From the NCBI GenBank assembly GCA_963664705.1, contig OY761556.1, positions 5,344,001-5,408,000 on the forward strand: DNA of 64,000 bases, written 5' to 3'. Positions 18,431 through 29,051 of this stretch are shown in pieces; position 1 is the stretch's first letter; every line of letters starts with the position of its first letter. Below the pieces are notes generated by a model, which saw only the letters and a program-made list of their open reading frames with translations, was not told the DNA's origin and did no database searches. The stretch is from Acidobacteriota bacterium (lineage in GTDB: Bacteria > Acidobacteriota > UBA6911). A program made the position numbers and the translations under genes.

Positions 18431-20665
18431 CTAAAAGGTGGTGACTGCATTTTTCAGGAATTCCTCGAGTCCCTGAATGCAGTGCCGATCGTTGTAGGCT
18501 GAACGTTTCAGCTGCGACATTTTTATCGAAATGAATTTCCTGTATTCAGCGTCCGTACCAAGCCTTTTGGCAATAGCCACATATTCGTCCACGTTTTGAG
18601 CTTCTGTCTCGCTGAAGCCCATCATTTTCATAATGGCATGGGTATGTCGGCCGCGCATCAGCTTGCCTGGCATGGTCACAACTGGAAGATCACAGGCCAG
18701 AGCTTCGAGAGTGGAATTGCAGCCGGACCAGCCCATACTATCCAAAAATACATCCGCGAGTTGATTCAGGGCGCGGTAATGCGCGGGAGTCAGGTGCGGA
18801 ATCATGCGGACAAACTGATCGCACTTCAGCCCAAGGCGGGAAAACGAGGCTTCAAGTCGGTGCAAAAAGCGCATACCCAGCTGTGGCGATTTGGAGAAAT
18901 TCAGAAAGGCGAGCTGACAACCGGGGACTTCGGATGCAATCCGCGCAAAGATTTCATCAAACTGAGGAAGATACTTGAACAGGGATTGGGTACACAAAAA
19001 CACGACGGCATCTTCTTTCAAGCCAAAATAGCTGCGATCCACCGGGGCTGCTTCGATGGGAGGGGGTTCATAGCAAATGGAGAGATTGGGGAGCCGAACC
19101 AGTTTCTCCGTATAATGATCGTCGGCGTCGGCCGGCTCCATCAGATCGCTGCTCAGATAGTAGTCCAGTGTTGGGAGGCCTGAAGTATCCGGATGTCCCC
19201 AGGACGTGCATTGGATGGGAGCGAGATGCAATGAGGCCAGCTTTACGGTCATTGGATCCATGCCAATTTCCGGAAAGATGAGCAGATGCAACCGATCGCT
19301 GACTATACGTTCGCACCACTGTTCAAGCGATGGGATGTTTTCGGCAAAGCTGTGAAAACTGTGCCGAGCTAGTTCTGTCTGGTCGTCGACCTTGCGGCCC
19401 GTGTAATACCCATACAATTCGAAGTTCTGCCGATTCAGGTTATCCACCCAGCCTTTGATAGGAATCTTCCAGTTGGAATGAAGAAAGAAGAAGCCGGAAG
19501 CGATACCAATTCTCAGGGGTTCCCCGGGGCGGATGGACGGCATGGGAGGTTTTTTCGCCCATCGAGGGTGGCAGGTGGATTGAATACGGGTCATCAGGCT
19601 GCCATACATCGCTTGGAGCTCGCGATCGTTTTCCCCCTGGTAGGCGAGGAAAAAGGGTTGGAAGCTGCCCACAAGTCCCGAAGCTTGGACAATGGCCTGG
19701 GGCGTTGAAAGGTCAATTTCCCTGCTAAGGCCCGCAAGCCGTGTTGCATAGCGTTCACGAACCACGGCAATTTCTTCGACCGAGTCGTGAAGCAAAGGGA
19801 TCTGGCCCATACAGTCCCCGATGCGGACTATAGAGGCATTCGGGTTCAGCGATACCGCTTTCCGAAAATGCTCGGCGGATTCCTCCTTATTCCCCTGCTC
19901 GCGAAGGATGTGTGCCAGGTTAAGATGTGCTTCACAAAAATCGGGAGAGGCAGCTAAAGCCTGCCGAAAGCAAACCGCTCCTTTTTCAATGTCGCCTGCG
20001 TCTGAATAGGCATTGCCCAGGTTCAGGAGCGTTTTGGGATGTGAGGGATCGATGGCGAGGGCCTTTGAACAGCTGGCCATTGCTTCAAGCGGTTTGCCAA
20101 GACTTTTGTACGCGGAAGCCAGATTGCTGTGAGCATCCAGGAAGTCCGGCTTCAGTTTGATGGCAGTCAAGTAGGCGTCTACCGCTTCGAGATCCCTGCC
20201 AAGTGTCTGCAACACCATCCCAACGTTGTTATGAATTTCTGCCCTTGTAGGATCAAGCTTCAGCGCTTTTCGATATTCTTCCAACGACTCCCGGAGCTTT
20301 GCTTTGTCTCGAAGCACATTGGCCAGGTTGTTTCGCGCATCGGTGTATTTGGGATTGAGCTTTAATGCCCGGAGGTAGCATTCTTCGGCCTTGTCGGTGA
20401 GTTTCTGCGCCCTGTAAACGTTTCCAAGATTATTGCGATATTCTGGAACACGCTTGTTGATGGCGATGGCCTGCAAAATCAGCTCCTCGGCCTGGTCACA
20501 CTGACTGCGCTGATAGGCGATGACTCCCAGCAGGTGAAGAGCATCCGCGTTGCCCGGGGCGACACGGAGAATCTGACGGTAAATGGTCTCGGCTTCATCC
20601 AGCTTTCCCGCCTGGTGAAGGCGAACGGCAGCATCGATGTTCGGTAAGGTCATACAGGTGAGCAT
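18431..20665 (-). CDS. TPR-repeat O-GlcNAc-transferase-like protein (GT41/SPINDLY/HMW1C-like)
   Basis: About 8 TPRs (HQAGKLDEAETIY.., NNLGNVY..), then LRIGIAS..HSNWK, WGHPDTSGLPTLDYYLS, QSLFKYLP and DVFLDSMGWSGCNSTLEAL..LPVVT. Confidence 0.92.
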   Translation of the reverse strand: MLTCMTLPNIDAAVRLHQAGKLDEAETIYRQILRVAPGNADALHLLGVIAYQRSQCDQAEELILQAIAINKRVPEYRNNLGNVYRAQKLTDKAEECYLRALKLNPKYTDARNNLANVLRDKAKLRESLEEYRKALKLDPTRAEIHNNVGMVLQTLGRDLEAVDAYLTAIKLKPDFLDAHSNLASAYKSLGKPLEAMASCSKALAIDPSHPKTLLNLGNAYSDAGDIEKGAVCFRQALAASPDFCEAHLNLAHILREQGNKEESAEHFRKAVSLNPNASIVRIGDCMGQIPLLHDSVEEIAVVRERYATRLAGLSREIDLSTPQAIVQASGLVGSFQPFFLAYQGENDRELQAMYGSLMTRIQSTCHPRWAKKPPMPSIRPGEPLRIGIASGFFFLHSNWKIPIKGWVDNLNRQNFELYGYYTGRKVDDQTELARHSFHSFAENIPSLEQWCERIVSDRLHLLIFPEIGMDPMTVKLASLHLAPIQCTSWGHPDTSGLPTLDYYLSSDLMEPADADDHYTEKLVRLPNLSICYEPPPIEAAPVDRSYFGLKEDAVVFLCTQSLFKYLPQFDEIFARIASEVPGCQLAFLNFSKSPQLGMRFLHRLEASFSRLGLKCDQFVRMIPHLTPAHYRALNQLADVFLDSMGWSGCNSTLEALACDLPVVTMPGKLMRGRHTHAIMKMMGFSETEAQNVDEYVAIAKRLGTDAEYRKFISIKMSQLKRSAYNDRHCIQGLEEFLKNAVTTF

Positions 20666-20830
20666 GCTACACCATATTGTCTCGGATGCTCAAAGCCAAA
20701 GAGGAAGGTTTCTATAATTCGACGCCTCAAGGCGGCAATTACGGCTTAGCCGAGGAGCTTAAAATAAAAAAGAGTCCTGAAGCCAAATCACTCCCCAAGG
20801 TTCTCTTTATCGGCTATCAGGACATTGGCA

Positions 20831-21871
20831 TTATCCGGAGTTACGCGCACGTGTGAACTGACGGTTCCAGGCGGCCGGGACCGAGTAAAGAAGGATGGAT
20901 CGAATCATGATGCTTCGTATCTCGGCGCGGCCTATTTTGATGCGCAAGCTGCTATCCAGCACGTTTCCGGTGTGGAGCCCTGCAAGTGTCCGAATACCGA
21001 TCAAGGCCGGCCAGGCGCATGCCAGCCTGATCCGCAGGCAGCGGAATGGCAGCGATACCGTGTATTGCCAGCCTGCAGACAGGTGATCCGCCGCGAGGTC
21101 CAGGCAGTCCTGGTAAAGGGGGCGAAATTGCTCCATGGCGGCCGGATCCAGCAAATCGGCTGGATCCAGGCCAAGAGGAGAAAGGCGCTCCTTTGGTATG
21201 TAACAGCGGCCACGGCGCAGATCATTGGGAAGATCGCGCAGGATGTTTACGAGCTGAAGGCCTTTGCCGAAGCGGATGCCATTCGTACGAAGCGCTGTGT
21301 CATCAAGCGGGTCCGATGGGAAAACATGGGCCCGGCACATATCGGTCCAGAACTCCCCTACACATCCTGCAACCGCGTAGGTATAGGCATCCAACTCCCG
21401 GTCGGTGTCCAGGGCCGTTACTCGGCCCGGTGTCGTATCGAATTGTACAAGGTCTGTTTCCTGTCCCTGGATAATGGTGGACAGCAGCTTCGCGATTCGA
21501 AGTCGGTCCGCGTGATCGGTGGTTCGAACCGCCTGGAGCAGATCATCCAGATGGACAAGGAGGTCACGCTCACCCTGAGTGCCTTCGCCGGTGATTTGCT
21601 CCTGAGCCTCTGCCAGGTCTCCAAGGTTGGGGCCAAAGATCGGACCCTCTTTGCATGCAGACAAGATAGCTTCCTTGAGTTGTTGCAGCCCTTCACGCCT
21701 TCGGGATATGGCAATCAGGCGCGTATCCGCCACAGTATCGGAAGCTCGCGCCAGAAGGTACGCGAGGCTGATGGGATGACGGACAGAGCGCGGCAATACC
21801 CGGAGCGTCAGATAAAACGAGCGGGACACCTGCTTCAACAGATTTTGAGTTTCGATCCGGGCTTGCATCAT
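20831..21871 (-). CDS. Squalene/phytoene synthase family (farnesyl-diphosphate farnesyltransferase type)
   Basis: LLKQVSRSFYL, YLLARASDTVAD, YTYAVAGCVGEFW, FGKGLQLVNILRD..DL..GRCYIP. Confidence 0.92.
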   Translation of the reverse strand: MMQARIETQNLLKQVSRSFYLTLRVLPRSVRHPISLAYLLARASDTVADTRLIAISRRREGLQQLKEAILSACKEGPIFGPNLGDLAEAQEQITGEGTQGERDLLVHLDDLLQAVRTTDHADRLRIAKLLSTIIQGQETDLVQFDTTPGRVTALDTDRELDAYTYAVAGCVGEFWTDMCRAHVFPSDPLDDTALRTNGIRFGKGLQLVNILRDLPNDLRRGRCYIPKERLSPLGLDPADLLDPAAMEQFRPLYQDCLDLAADHLSAGWQYTVSLPFRCLRIRLACAWPALIGIRTLAGLHTGNVLDSSLRIKIGRAEIRSIMIRSILLYSVPAAWNRQFTRARNSG

Positions 21872-22013
21872 GATGGGCGGGATTGTACACAAGAATGATG
21901 CCACAGGTCTGCAAAATCCACTCTATCAGGAAGATTCCCGGCCTTGTCCCCGGGTAGGAATAGCTTTGTGGGATTTTGCACTTGATATGGCACAATCAGG
22001 TAGAGGTGATCCC

Positions 22014-22589
22014 ATGCCGATGATGTATCGAAATCCCGCAATCCCGGAGTCTTTGATTCCGAAGGCTGCAAGCCCGATTTTTCAGCATCTGCTCGCAACG
22101 TATGTAAGCGAAACGAATAAGACTGCATCCGTCTGGCGCGAATTTGGGACGGAAGACATGAGCTTCCGGCCGCATCCGAGGTCCACTTCAGTCCAGGAAC
22201 AGATGCGTCATCAGCTGCTTTCCGAGCGGCGGTTTTTTTGCGAGTTTCTGGGAACGCGCGAACCCGATCCTTCCACGATTATTCCTTCCGAGGCAAGTCC
22301 GGAAGCCTTTATCAAAAACCTGACGGATCTTGCTATGCAAAGGCTCGAGCAGTTGTCCCCCAAGGATGAAAGCTGGTGGTTGCAGCCGGCCAGTTTTTTC
22401 GATGTTCAACGCGAGCGGATATGGATTTTCTGGCGCAGGTTGCTGCACACGGCGCATCACCGGGCACAACTTACGGTTTGTTTGCGATTGTTGAATAAAT
22501 CAGTGCCGTCGGTTTATGGACCCACCGCGGATGCGACCTGGGTGGGGGCGGATCCGACAAACACAGTAGATGCGGCCAGAAGGGCCTGA
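22014..22589 (+). CDS. DinB/YfiT-like metal-dependent protein
   Basis: FRPHPRS, HQLLSE, LLHTAHHRAQLTVCLRLL..VPSVYGPTAD. Start after GAGGTG RBS. Confidence 0.85.
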   Translation: MPMMYRNPAIPESLIPKAASPIFQHLLATYVSETNKTASVWREFGTEDMSFRPHPRSTSVQEQMRHQLLSERRFFCEFLGTREPDPSTIIPSEASPEAFIKNLTDLAMQRLEQLSPKDESWWLQPASFFDVQRERIWIFWRRLLHTAHHRAQLTVCLRLLNKSVPSVYGPTADATWVGADPTNTVDAARRA

Positions 22590-22596
22590 GACTCCG

Positions 22597-23124
22597 ATGA
22601 AGCCCTATAAAAAGATTTCATCCAGCGTTCTTTTCCAGAATCCCTGGTGGCGCTATTGCCTTGACAAAATCGAACTGCCATCCGGCAAACCTGGCGAATA
22701 CCATTTCGTGCTGACAAATGGCTCATCCATGGTTGTTCCAGTGGACGCGGATGAGAAGATTCTCCTGGTTCGGCAATACAGATATACGGGAAAAAAGGAT
22801 AGTCTCGAATTCCCCTGCGGCGGACTGAAAGACGGTGTTTCATACGAGGAGGCGGCAAGAAGTGAGCTCCGCGAGGAGACTGGCTTCAGTGCAGGAGAGC
22901 TGGTTGCGGCAGGCGCGTTCAATCCCTGCAACGGGCTGCTCGATGAGATCTGCAATGTGTATATTGCCAGAGACTTAACCTATATCGGCGGTGAGCCGGA
23001 CGAAACCGAGAGCTTCGAACTGCTGCGTTTTACAAAAGAGGAGCTCGAAAGGCATATCTGTAACGGGAGCCTCTGGGACGGGATGACGCTTGCCGCCTGG
23101 GCCCTTGCCAAACCCAAAATATAA
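22597..23124 (+). CDS. Nudix hydrolase (ADP-ribose pyrophosphatase-like)
   Basis: LLVRQYRY..LEFPCGG..EEAARSELREETG Nudix box. Confidence 0.92.
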   Translation: MKPYKKISSSVLFQNPWWRYCLDKIELPSGKPGEYHFVLTNGSSMVVPVDADEKILLVRQYRYTGKKDSLEFPCGGLKDGVSYEEAARSELREETGFSAGELVAAGAFNPCNGLLDEICNVYIARDLTYIGGEPDETESFELLRFTKEELERHICNGSLWDGMTLAAWALAKPKI

Positions 23125-23260
23125 CCCGCGGGATTCGCGATGCGGTTCACGGTGTTTTTGTTGCGAATCCTGATCTAGCGATCGCTGTCCATTCTCGGTT
23201 GGTTTCCACCTTGGAACCGACAACTCCCTATTTAATAATTTCTTGTGATGGTTTGTTTCA

Positions 23261-25090
23261 ATGGGAGGGTTTGAAAGGAGGATCGTGGTTTCCCAACAAT
23301 CGAACGCGGGGTGGAAAAAGGTCATGCCCAAAACAACGGGAGGCATTTTAGCCGGCATCATGCTGGCCGCACTGATCCCGATTCTTCTTCTTCAGAGCGC
23401 TATTTATGTTTTCTGGTATCAGACAAGAATTCAAACCGAGATGATCGCAAACCTGGAATTTGCGCGCTCTGTAGCCTGGTCCTTTGAATCGCATGTTCAA
23501 GACATCCGCCGCCAGCTGCTCGTACTTGGGAAAGCCATTGAATCAGATCCTGCATTTTCGATAGAAAAGGCCGGAACCCTCCTGTCCATACTGAAAAGCC
23601 AATACGCCACCGTTATCCGATTCAGCATTGTCGACGATCACGGCGTCATTCTTGCATCCAGCGATCCTGTTTTCATTGGTATGTTTGTTGCGGATAGAGA
23701 TTATTACCGCAAAATACAATCGGGTCAGGAATGGGTCATCAACGATCTGAATCTCGGTCCCATGGCCAACAGGATTCAATTCAACATTGCGCAGAAACTT
23801 CGCATCAAGGGTGAGCACAACTATCTCATTGTTGCGGTTATCGATCCCAAAATGCTGGGCGTGCTTGTTCATTTGCAGGAGCGCCCGGCTGGCGGGGAGT
23901 TCACGATTTTCGATCGATCCGGAAGCCTTGCTTTCTTCAGCGGAGAAATGACCTGGTCCCATGCCAGTTGGGCGAGGCGCGATGAAATCCTGAGTCTGGC
24001 TATGCACGGCAAAGAAGCCATGGGTACAATTCTGTATCCACTCGACAACAGAAAACATGTTGTAGCCCGGGTGCCGATCAATCAGATTGGCTGGACCGCC
24101 GGCGCCAGCAGATCGCTGGATACCGTTATGGCGCCGATCTATCGCAATGCTATCTGGGTTGCGATTCTGAACGGTTTGCTGCTGATGATCTCAATTGGCA
24201 GCGCACTGGTTTTAAGGGGTTTTTTCATCCGGAAACTGAACCGGTTACGGGAACAGGCGCGTTTCATCGCAGGCGGTGATTTTTCTACCAGGAATGATGT
24301 TGGCAACCCGGTCGAGCTCGCGGAGCTCGAAAAATCATTCAATGCAATGGCAGAGGAGATTGAGTCCCGCCAGAACTCGCTGAAGCAGGCGGTCAGCGAA
24401 CTGACGCGTTCCAACCAGGAGCTTGAGCAGTTCGCCTATGTCGCTTCGCATGATCTTCAGGAACCGCTGCGCGTAATCTCAGGATTCGTGCAGCTGATTG
24501 AAAGAAAATACAAGGGGCGACTTGACAGTGAAGCAGACCGATACATTACTTTCATTACTGAGGCCGTTCAGCGGCAACAGGAGCTTATTCGCGATTTGTT
24601 GACCTACTCGCGATTGGGCCGGGCTGAGCCCCGGCTGGTATCCACAGATGCCACCAAAGCCGTGCAGGCTGCTATTCAGAATATGCATCAGATCATGGAA
24701 GAAACAAAAGCGACCGTGACGGTGGCGGATCTTCCGGTAGTACAGGCGGACGGGCAACAACTGATACAGCTTTTTCAGAATCTTATCCACAACGGCATCA
24801 AATTCAGGCGGATAGTGCCCCCCGCGCTCCACATTTCGGCAAGTCGTGAGGGGGATTTTTGGCTTTTTGCTGTTCAGGACAATGGGATTGGAATCGAGCC
24901 GCAATATTGGGCGCAGATTTTTACCATGTTTAAGCGCCTGCACACGAGAAAAGATTACCCTGGGACTGGCATTGGACTGGCAATCTGTAAGAAAATAGTC
25001 GAGAGGCATGGAGGTCGCATCTGGGTGGATTCCAGACCCGGTGAAGGATCGACCTTCCTCTTCACGCTTAGAGCCATTGGAGCGTTATGA
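23261..25090 (+). CDS. Membrane sensor histidine kinase (dCache, HAMP, HisKA, HATPase; Cph1/bacteriophytochrome-like kinase core)
   Basis: Two TM segments, ADRDYY Cache motif, [52 protein letters not shown]. Start may be 23324. Confidence 0.93.
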   Translation: MGGFERRIVVSQQSNAGWKKVMPKTTGGILAGIMLAALIPILLLQSAIYVFWYQTRIQTEMIANLEFARSVAWSFESHVQDIRRQLLVLGKAIESDPAFSIEKAGTLLSILKSQYATVIRFSIVDDHGVILASSDPVFIGMFVADRDYYRKIQSGQEWVINDLNLGPMANRIQFNIAQKLRIKGEHNYLIVAVIDPKMLGVLVHLQERPAGGEFTIFDRSGSLAFFSGEMTWSHASWARRDEILSLAMHGKEAMGTILYPLDNRKHVVARVPINQIGWTAGASRSLDTVMAPIYRNAIWVAILNGLLLMISIGSALVLRGFFIRKLNRLREQARFIAGGDFSTRNDVGNPVELAELEKSFNAMAEEIESRQNSLKQAVSELTRSNQELEQFAYVASHDLQEPLRVISGFVQLIERKYKGRLDSEADRYITFITEAVQRQQELIRDLLTYSRLGRAEPRLVSTDATKAVQAAIQNMHQIMEETKATVTVADLPVVQADGQQLIQLFQNLIHNGIKFRRIVPPALHISASREGDFWLFAVQDNGIGIEPQYWAQIFTMFKRLHTRKDYPGTGIGLAICKKIVERHGGRIWVDSRPGEGSTFLFTLRAIGAL

Positions 25091-25536
25091 TGAATATGGA
25101 GTTGGGCAAGCCGATCAACATTCTTCTGGTGGAAGATAACGAACCGGATGTTGTGTTGACCCAGGAAGCTTTTAAAGAAGCCAAGATATCCAATTCATTG
25201 TACGTTGTGGCAGATGGGGTTGAAGCGCTCGAATTCCTGCGGAAGCAGGGAAAATTTATCGGCGTGCCTCGGCCGGACATGATCCTTCTGGACCTGAATC
25301 TGCCCAGAAAGGATGGGCGGTCGGTCCTTGAGGAAATTAAGGCTGATCCTCTGCTGGCCAGTATTCCCGTTGTTATTCTCACTACTTCAAGTGATGAAAG
25401 GGATGTCGTTCGGGCGTATACTTGCCATGCCAATTGTTACATCATTAAACCAGTGGACTTTCAGCAGTTCATGAATATTGTGAAATCCATTGAAGGATTC
25501 TGGCTAACGGTAGTGCGGCTACCCAATTCTGCATAA
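25087..25536 (+). CDS. Single-domain response regulator, Rcp1-like
   Basis: [39 protein letters not shown]. Confidence 0.93.
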   Translation: MMNMELGKPINILLVEDNEPDVVLTQEAFKEAKISNSLYVVADGVEALEFLRKQGKFIGVPRPDMILLDLNLPRKDGRSVLEEIKADPLLASIPVVILTTSSDERDVVRAYTCHANCYIIKPVDFQQFMNIVKSIEGFWLTVVRLPNSA

Positions 25537-25611
25537 CGAATCCGTTTTATTCACTTGTGCGGTGGCTCATCAGGCTATCCGCGACTTACCTTGATTTGGA
25601 AATAATACGAT

Positions 25612-27873
25612 ATGAATATTCCTCAACTAGTGGCGCAGGAGCTTTCTCTAGGTATCAACCAGGTCGAAAATGCATTGGCCCTTTTTGCTGAGGGCGGAAC
25701 GGTGCCATTCATTGCCCGGTATCGCAAGGAGATGACGGGAGAGATGAATGAAGTGCAGTTGCGGGCGTTGCTTGAAAGGCATACATATCTTGTTGAGCTG
25801 GAAGAGCGAAAAGCGGCTATTCTCAAATCCATTGAGGAACAGGGGAAGCTGACAGACGAGCTGAAGGTAAAGATTGAAGCGTGTCTTCAGAAGACCGAAT
25901 TGGAAGACCTGTATCTTCCGTTCAAGCCGAAGAAGCGAACACGAGCAACGATTGCCAGGGAAAAAGGGCTCGAACCGCTTGCATTGCTTGTCAAATCACT
26001 GAATGAGCCTGGGAGTCCCGCTTCTGACCTTGAGGTCGAGGCCGGCCGCTATATTTCTGAGGAATTGGGAGTCAAGAGCGTGGCGGAGGCACTCCAGGGT
26101 GCATCAGACATCCTGGCGGAGGAAGTTTCTGAAAAAGCTGAATTAAGGCAGCACATTCGCGATTACCTGATGAGCGAGGGTTACTTCATTTCGAAGGTTA
26201 AAGAAGAACACGCTGAAGGCACGACGAAATTTGAGATGTATCGGGACTATAAAGTCAAAGTCAAAGACATCCAGCCTCATAATATGCTCGCTCTTCGACG
26301 AGGCGAGACCGAGGGTGTTCTTACTTTTACCATTGAGTTTGATCTTGCTGTTGTAGCCGCGTACCTGGAAAGCCAGGAAATCCATGCCACGGCCGCCAAC
26401 ATCCAGGGCTTTTACAAAACGATGCTTGCGGATGCTTTCGACCGTCTCATGAAGACAACTCTGATCGGTGAGGTTCGACTCGAGAAAAAGGTCGGTGCGG
26501 ATCGCGAATCCATCCGCACATTCGAAACAAATCTTCGCGAATTGCTGTTGTCCAGCCCGGCGGGAATGAAGCCGACATTGGGTGTCGATCCAGGGTTTCG
26601 AACCGGGTGCAAGGTTGCGGCAGTCGATAGCACCGGCAAGCTCCTTGAATATGTAACCGTTCAGCCCCACAAATCGGACGGCGAACGGGTTCAGGCCGCG
26701 GCGAGCATAAAGGCGCTGATCGGGAAACACAATATAGGGCTTGTCGCTATCGGCAACGGAACTGCAGGGCGCGAAACAGAAGCTTTTGTGGGGGAAGTTC
26801 TTGCACAACTCGATCAAAAGCCAACCAAGGTGATGGTGAGCGAGGCGGGGGCTTCGGTTTACTCCGCAAGCGAAGTTGCTATTGAAGAGTTCCCGGATCT
26901 CGACCTTACGGTCCGCGGTGCCGTCAGTATTGCCCGTCGGCTCCAGGACCCGTTGGCCGAGCTGGTGAAGATCGATCCCAAATCGATCGGTGTTGGGCAG
27001 TACCAGCATGATGTCGATCAGAAGCTGCTGAAGGAAAAGCTGGATGATACGGTTGAAAGCTGCGTGAACTATGTTGGCGTGGATCTGAACCTTGCATCCA
27101 AGGAACTGCTCAGTTTTGTAGCCGGCATTTCCTCCTCCGTCGCAAAAAATATCGTCGTGCATCGCAATTCGAACGGTGCTTTCCGCAGCCGAAAGGATTT
27201 GTTGGGCGTATCCAAATTTGGTCCTAAAACATTTGAACAGGCGGCCGGTTTCCTGCGCATTCGTGGTGGAGACAACCCTCTCGACAATACGGCCGTTCAT
27301 CCGGAAAGCTACCATATCGTGGAAAAGATGGCGCAGAACCTCAGTATTGCGCTGGATCGCATCACGGAGGACCCCTCCAAATTCGGATCCATTAACCTGA
27401 AAGAATATGTTACCGATACGATTGGGGAGCCAACGCTTCGAGATATCCTGTCCGAATTGGAAAAGCCCGGAAGGGACCCGCGCGCAGAGTTCCGTTATGC
27501 ATCCTTCAGAGAAGAAGTGAAGGAAATCAAAGATCTATTGGTAGGCATGGAGCTGGAAGGAATTGTGACCAACGTTGCCAACTTCGGGGCCTTTGTCGAT
27601 ATCGGTGTTCATCAGGATGGGCTCGTTCATGTCTCCCAGCTTGCCGACCGTTTTGTCGATGATCCGAAAAAGGTCGTCAAGGTGGGGCAGATTGTGAAGG
27701 TGAGAGTGCTTGAGGTGAATGAAGCGCTCAAAAGAATATCCCTTTCGATGAAATCGCCCGGGCGGCCGCAAAAGTCAGCGGCGCCGGCGAAAAAGACCGC
27801 AGCGCCACCTCCGCCGGAGAAGAGAACCGCATCCATCCAGGATCTAATGGCGAAGTTTAACCGATCCAGATAG
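25612..27873 (+). CDS. tex: Transcription accessory protein Tex (S1 domain)
   Basis: TVPFIARYRKE, EDLYLPFKPK, GVDPGFRTGCK, IARRLQDPLAELVKIDPKSIGVGQYQHD, C-terminal S1 domain. Confidence 0.97.
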   Translation: MNIPQLVAQELSLGINQVENALALFAEGGTVPFIARYRKEMTGEMNEVQLRALLERHTYLVELEERKAAILKSIEEQGKLTDELKVKIEACLQKTELEDLYLPFKPKKRTRATIAREKGLEPLALLVKSLNEPGSPASDLEVEAGRYISEELGVKSVAEALQGASDILAEEVSEKAELRQHIRDYLMSEGYFISKVKEEHAEGTTKFEMYRDYKVKVKDIQPHNMLALRRGETEGVLTFTIEFDLAVVAAYLESQEIHATAANIQGFYKTMLADAFDRLMKTTLIGEVRLEKKVGADRESIRTFETNLRELLLSSPAGMKPTLGVDPGFRTGCKVAAVDSTGKLLEYVTVQPHKSDGERVQAAASIKALIGKHNIGLVAIGNGTAGRETEAFVGEVLAQLDQKPTKVMVSEAGASVYSASEVAIEEFPDLDLTVRGAVSIARRLQDPLAELVKIDPKSIGVGQYQHDVDQKLLKEKLDDTVESCVNYVGVDLNLASKELLSFVAGISSSVAKNIVVHRNSNGAFRSRKDLLGVSKFGPKTFEQAAGFLRIRGGDNPLDNTAVHPESYHIVEKMAQNLSIALDRITEDPSKFGSINLKEYVTDTIGEPTLRDILSELEKPGRDPRAEFRYASFREEVKEIKDLLVGMELEGIVTNVANFGAFVDIGVHQDGLVHVSQLADRFVDDPKKVVKVGQIVKVRVLEVNEALKRISLSMKSPGRPQKSAAPAKKTAAPPPPEKRTASIQDLMAKFNRSR

Positions 27874-27886
27874 GACTCGCTTATTG

Positions 27887-27931
27887 CGGGAAATTCGCGG
27901 CCGAAGTTATACATCGGCCGCGAATTTCCCG
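27887..27931. terminator. 18-bp perfect inverted repeat between convergent tex and patatin genes
   Basis: CGGGAAATTCGCGGCCGA-agttataca-TCGGCCGCGAATTTCCCG. Confidence 0.75.
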
Positions 27932-27950
27932 AATTTGGAAGATGCCGGTG

Positions 27951-28958
27951 TCAGCAGCCGAAAAATCGAAGCACCTTTTCAGAACGAAGCAAGCGATGAG
28001 CCTGCTCCTGTCCGCGATAGAATGTCCGCATGGTGGTGTCATTGTCCATGCAAAGAAATCCGGCCTCAACAGTATGATCCGGGTGAATCGCAAGAAAGCG
28101 GTTTTCTTTTTCCGCTTCGAGGATACTCGGCAAAGCATTTAGCCGAAGAAGCCGCGAGCTGGTTTCCCACAAATTGCCCCCAGGGTCGCAGCAGAAAACG
28201 ATGGTTTTGTCTGGATGAAGCCATTGATTCAGTGCGGTGAAACGGCTGTCCTGTTCAAATAGCCGCATCGGCATTTTGAGGGAGTAGCCTCCGTCGATGA
28301 ATACGGAATTGAAATCACTCTCGAGTGGAGTGCCGAGATCTTCCGGACCAAGAGGGTCTCCCATGGCAACCGGCACAAGGCAGGAAGCTTCAATAACGGC
28401 ATGGTAATTTTTGCGCGTCAGGGGGCGTATGTATTCGGAATGGAACTGATCGGGGAGATTCAATACAAACGCGACAGGCTCTTCCCGGTATTTTCCCGGT
28501 ATGTATTTTAGTCCCTTGGGAAACTTGCGAGTCGCGGATTTCATAAAGAGGCGATAGCTGTCGAAGGAGCGAAACGGTTTAGCATCGGTCCGGCGCACCC
28601 GCGTGGTAAAAAGCAGCAGTTTTTTCCGGGGATCTCCATCGAAAACACCCGCCATTTCCTCTTCTTCCATCACATAAGAGATAGAGGATCGCAGGTGGGC
28701 ACGGAAACGGCTGTGGGTGCGTGCGCCGAGAGCATGGCATTCGGGCGTACCCCAATAATTCCAGCCTTTCATCACGGTCCGCTCCGTACCGGTTGCGATG
28801 TCGGCAGCGGCGTAGCCCCCGGCGGAGGCTCCCATCATAATGGAGGGGAAGGTACCGTGTTCCCGACTCCACTGCATGAATTCGTGAATCACGCCTCCCT
28901 GCCAAGCGCCGCGACCGGCTCCTCCAGAATCCAGAATCCAGCAATAGTTCGTAGCCAT
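27951..28958 (-). CDS. Patatin-like phospholipase
   Basis: SGGAGRGAW oxyanion loop, GASAG nucleophile, FIDGG. Confidence 0.85.
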   Translation of the reverse strand: MATNYCWILDSGGAGRGAWQGGVIHEFMQWSREHGTFPSIMMGASAGGYAAADIATGTERTVMKGWNYWGTPECHALGARTHSRFRAHLRSSISYVMEEEEMAGVFDGDPRKKLLLFTTRVRRTDAKPFRSFDSYRLFMKSATRKFPKGLKYIPGKYREEPVAFVLNLPDQFHSEYIRPLTRKNYHAVIEASCLVPVAMGDPLGPEDLGTPLESDFNSVFIDGGYSLKMPMRLFEQDSRFTALNQWLHPDKTIVFCCDPGGNLWETSSRLLRLNALPSILEAEKENRFLAIHPDHTVEAGFLCMDNDTTMRTFYRGQEQAHRLLRSEKVLRFFGC

Positions 28959-29051
28959 TTCGGTGCGAGTGTACTGCACAAATGCAAAGACATAAAGCTC
29001 CTGCTCCAGCGAAGCTTTGAGTCAACTCAATTCTTGAATTATGATGAACGC

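Noticed and set aside
20825-21898. Long antisense ORFs (also 2218..3297, 26143..27315, 32141..33058, 51613..52608, 62794..63696)
   Set aside because: They are shadows of well-supported genes on the opposite strand and have no motifs of their own.
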